From a virus (lineage: Duplodnaviria > Caudoviricetes): a DNA stretch of 33,260 nucleotides. How positions within the stretch are numbered: position 1 is the first letter of the stretch; each line of letters starts with the position of its first letter. A program made the translations under genes and the position numbers. The notes beneath the pieces were generated by a model. It saw nothing but the letters and a program-made list of their open reading frames with translations, was not told where the DNA came from and did no database searches. Of this stretch, positions 31,869 through 33,260 are shown piece by piece. The DNA lies in IMG/VR virus record IMGVR_UViG_3300010222_000172, positions 1 through 33,260 of that record; one strand, 5' to 3'.

Positions 31869-33260
31869 CTATCCGGGTATCGCGGTCCCCGCGTCGGCCC
31901 CCGTCGACGGCGGCGGGCGTCCCCGGGCGTCACGGGTCGACAGGAACGCCGCACGGTCCCGTACGTAGCCCGGAAGGTCGTCGTACCGGCAGGCACCGAC
32001 GAAGCGATAGCGTCGAACGTGCGGCAGTCTATGCCCGTCTTCGTCGCCGTCCCTGTCGGCGGCGGTAAGTTCGTCTGTCCCGTCGAAGAATCGCTTTCCT
32101 GTCGCCCAATACAGGGCGATTTTCCATAGGTCGGCGGCGGCGTCGACAGGGTCGCCCGACCGTCGGACCGCCGCCGCGTCGAATAGGTCGCCCGGTGTCA
32201 TATCCGCGACTGTCGACAGGGCGCGAATGGACTTCGACAGGTAATCCCGGGGCGTCCGGCCCGCCGCGTCGTCGGGACTATCACCCGACCACCGCCAGCG
32301 ACCCCGGCGGTTCGATAGCCGTCGGACGTCGACCACCCGACCCTGCCCCCGGCGTTCCCAATAGTCGGCTAACGCCGCTTGCGTCGTTACCCACGGAACG
32401 CCAAAGAAGACGACATGCAAGTGTGGAAGCCCCGAATCCGTGAATTCCAAGACGTATAGATTCGACGGGCGATACCCCGGACGCGACGGTCGATCGGCAG
32501 ATTTCGGGTCGTATGCCAACCACCCCGCAAGCCGATTCTTGTTTTCTATTAGGGCGTCCGTCGCGTCGGCGATACTGTCGTGCATTCCCGGGTCGGTGGT
32601 TAGCGTCACGACGACCGCGTCGTCGTACCGGTCGCCCGTCCGTTCCCAAGCACGTTCCCACGACGACCGAAGCACGCCGGCCCGATCGGACGAATTGAAG
32701 CGGGTTCGGTACGGGACACATAGGTATTCCGGCCCGCTTCCCCGGACCCGTTCGAAGACATTCCAAACGTCGTCTATAGATTCGCGTTCGGTCGCCAATT
32801 CCTGAAGCAAGTCGGCCCGTATCGAATCCGATCCGATCGTCGACCACGACGACAGGAACGCCCGTGCCCTGTCCTTCGCCCAATAGGGGCGGTCTTCGGG
32901 GAAGTCGGCCCCGACCCCGTCGCCGTCTTCGTTTTTTGCCCTTTGCTTACGGCGGTTCAAGTGAAGGGCCGCCGGGGTTGGATCGACCCACAGATAGCCG
33001 TCCAGTCGGGTGGTTTCGAATAGTTCCGGGTGGTCGGCGAAGAATCGGCGGGCAAGTTGGGCGTCGGCACCGGCTAAGTCAGTGTCCCGACCGAAGACGG
33101 TGCGAACGATATACGGCAGATTCGCACCTTCGGGCGTTCCGGCGACGAATCTGAATAGGTCGGTCTTCGCGTCGGCGCGGCGGTCGCCGTCCCACGGAAG
33201 GGGACACGCGGGGTCCCCCGGGCCGGCGATTTGACACGCGCCGGGTGTCAATCCGACCAC
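31869..33260 (-). CDS. rep: Rolling-circle replication initiator (HUH endonuclease); start uncertain at the edge
   Basis: Motif I VVTLTTDP, motif II PHLHVVFFG and motif III DYLSK, as in haloarchaeal plasmid and pleolipovirus Reps. Confidence 0.88.
   Translation of the reverse strand: MVGLTPGACQIAGPGDPACPLPWDGDRRADAKTDLFRFVAGTPEGANLPYIVRTVFGRDTDLAGADAQLARRFFADHPELFETTRLDGYLWVDPTPAALHLNRRKQRAKNEDGDGVGADFPEDRPYWAKDRARAFLSSWSTIGSDSIRADLLQELATERESIDDVWNVFERVRGSGPEYLCVPYRTRFNSSDRAGVLRSSWERAWERTGDRYDDAVVVTLTTDPGMHDSIADATDALIENKNRLAGWLAYDPKSADRPSRPGYRPSNLYVLEFTDSGLPHLHVVFFGVPWVTTQAALADYWERRGQGRVVDVRRLSNRRGRWRWSGDSPDDAAGRTPRDYLSKSIRALSTVADMTPGDLFDAAAVRRSGDPVDAAADLWKIALYWATGKRFFDGTDELTAADRDGDEDGHRLPHVRRYRFVGACRYDDLPGYVRDRAAFLSTRDARGRPPPSTGADAGTAIPG

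Larger units (their letters stand above)
27998..33260. mobile_element. Integrative rolling-circle element (plasmid-, pleolipovirus- or satellite-like), continuing past the right edge
   Basis: att site, SNJ2-type integrase and HUH Rep; abrupt change in oligonucleotide composition at the att site. Confidence 0.88.

Noticed and set aside
1-33260. Scarcity of CTAG
   Set aside because: A general, well-known haloarchaeal feature, not specific to this window.

Overview
High-GC DNA encoding acidic proteins, consistent with haloarchaea. The window holds two abutting mobile elements. (1) About 1-27997 is a siphovirus-like tailed provirus. Its minus-strand operon runs SF2 helicase, regulators, membrane proteins, HNH, TerS, TerL, portal-KTSC, XkdF protease/scaffold, major capsid, neck, tail tube, chaperones, tape measure and tail-tip/fibre genes. 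TerL and the chaperone extension each contain a frame disruption. A low-GC island with a Thr1 proteasome-beta-like gene sits between the chaperones and the tape measure. (2) About 27998 to the right edge is an integrative rolling-circle element. It has a tRNA 3'-end att site (probably tRNA-Thr), an SNJ2-type tyrosine integrase, small genes including a TerS-like Zn finger, and a HUH Rep. This second element has almost no GAG/CTC or GATG/CATC on either strand, starting sharply at the att boundary, which is the strongest unexplained signal. All calls come from reading motifs and synteny by eye. No searches were run and the counts are manual.
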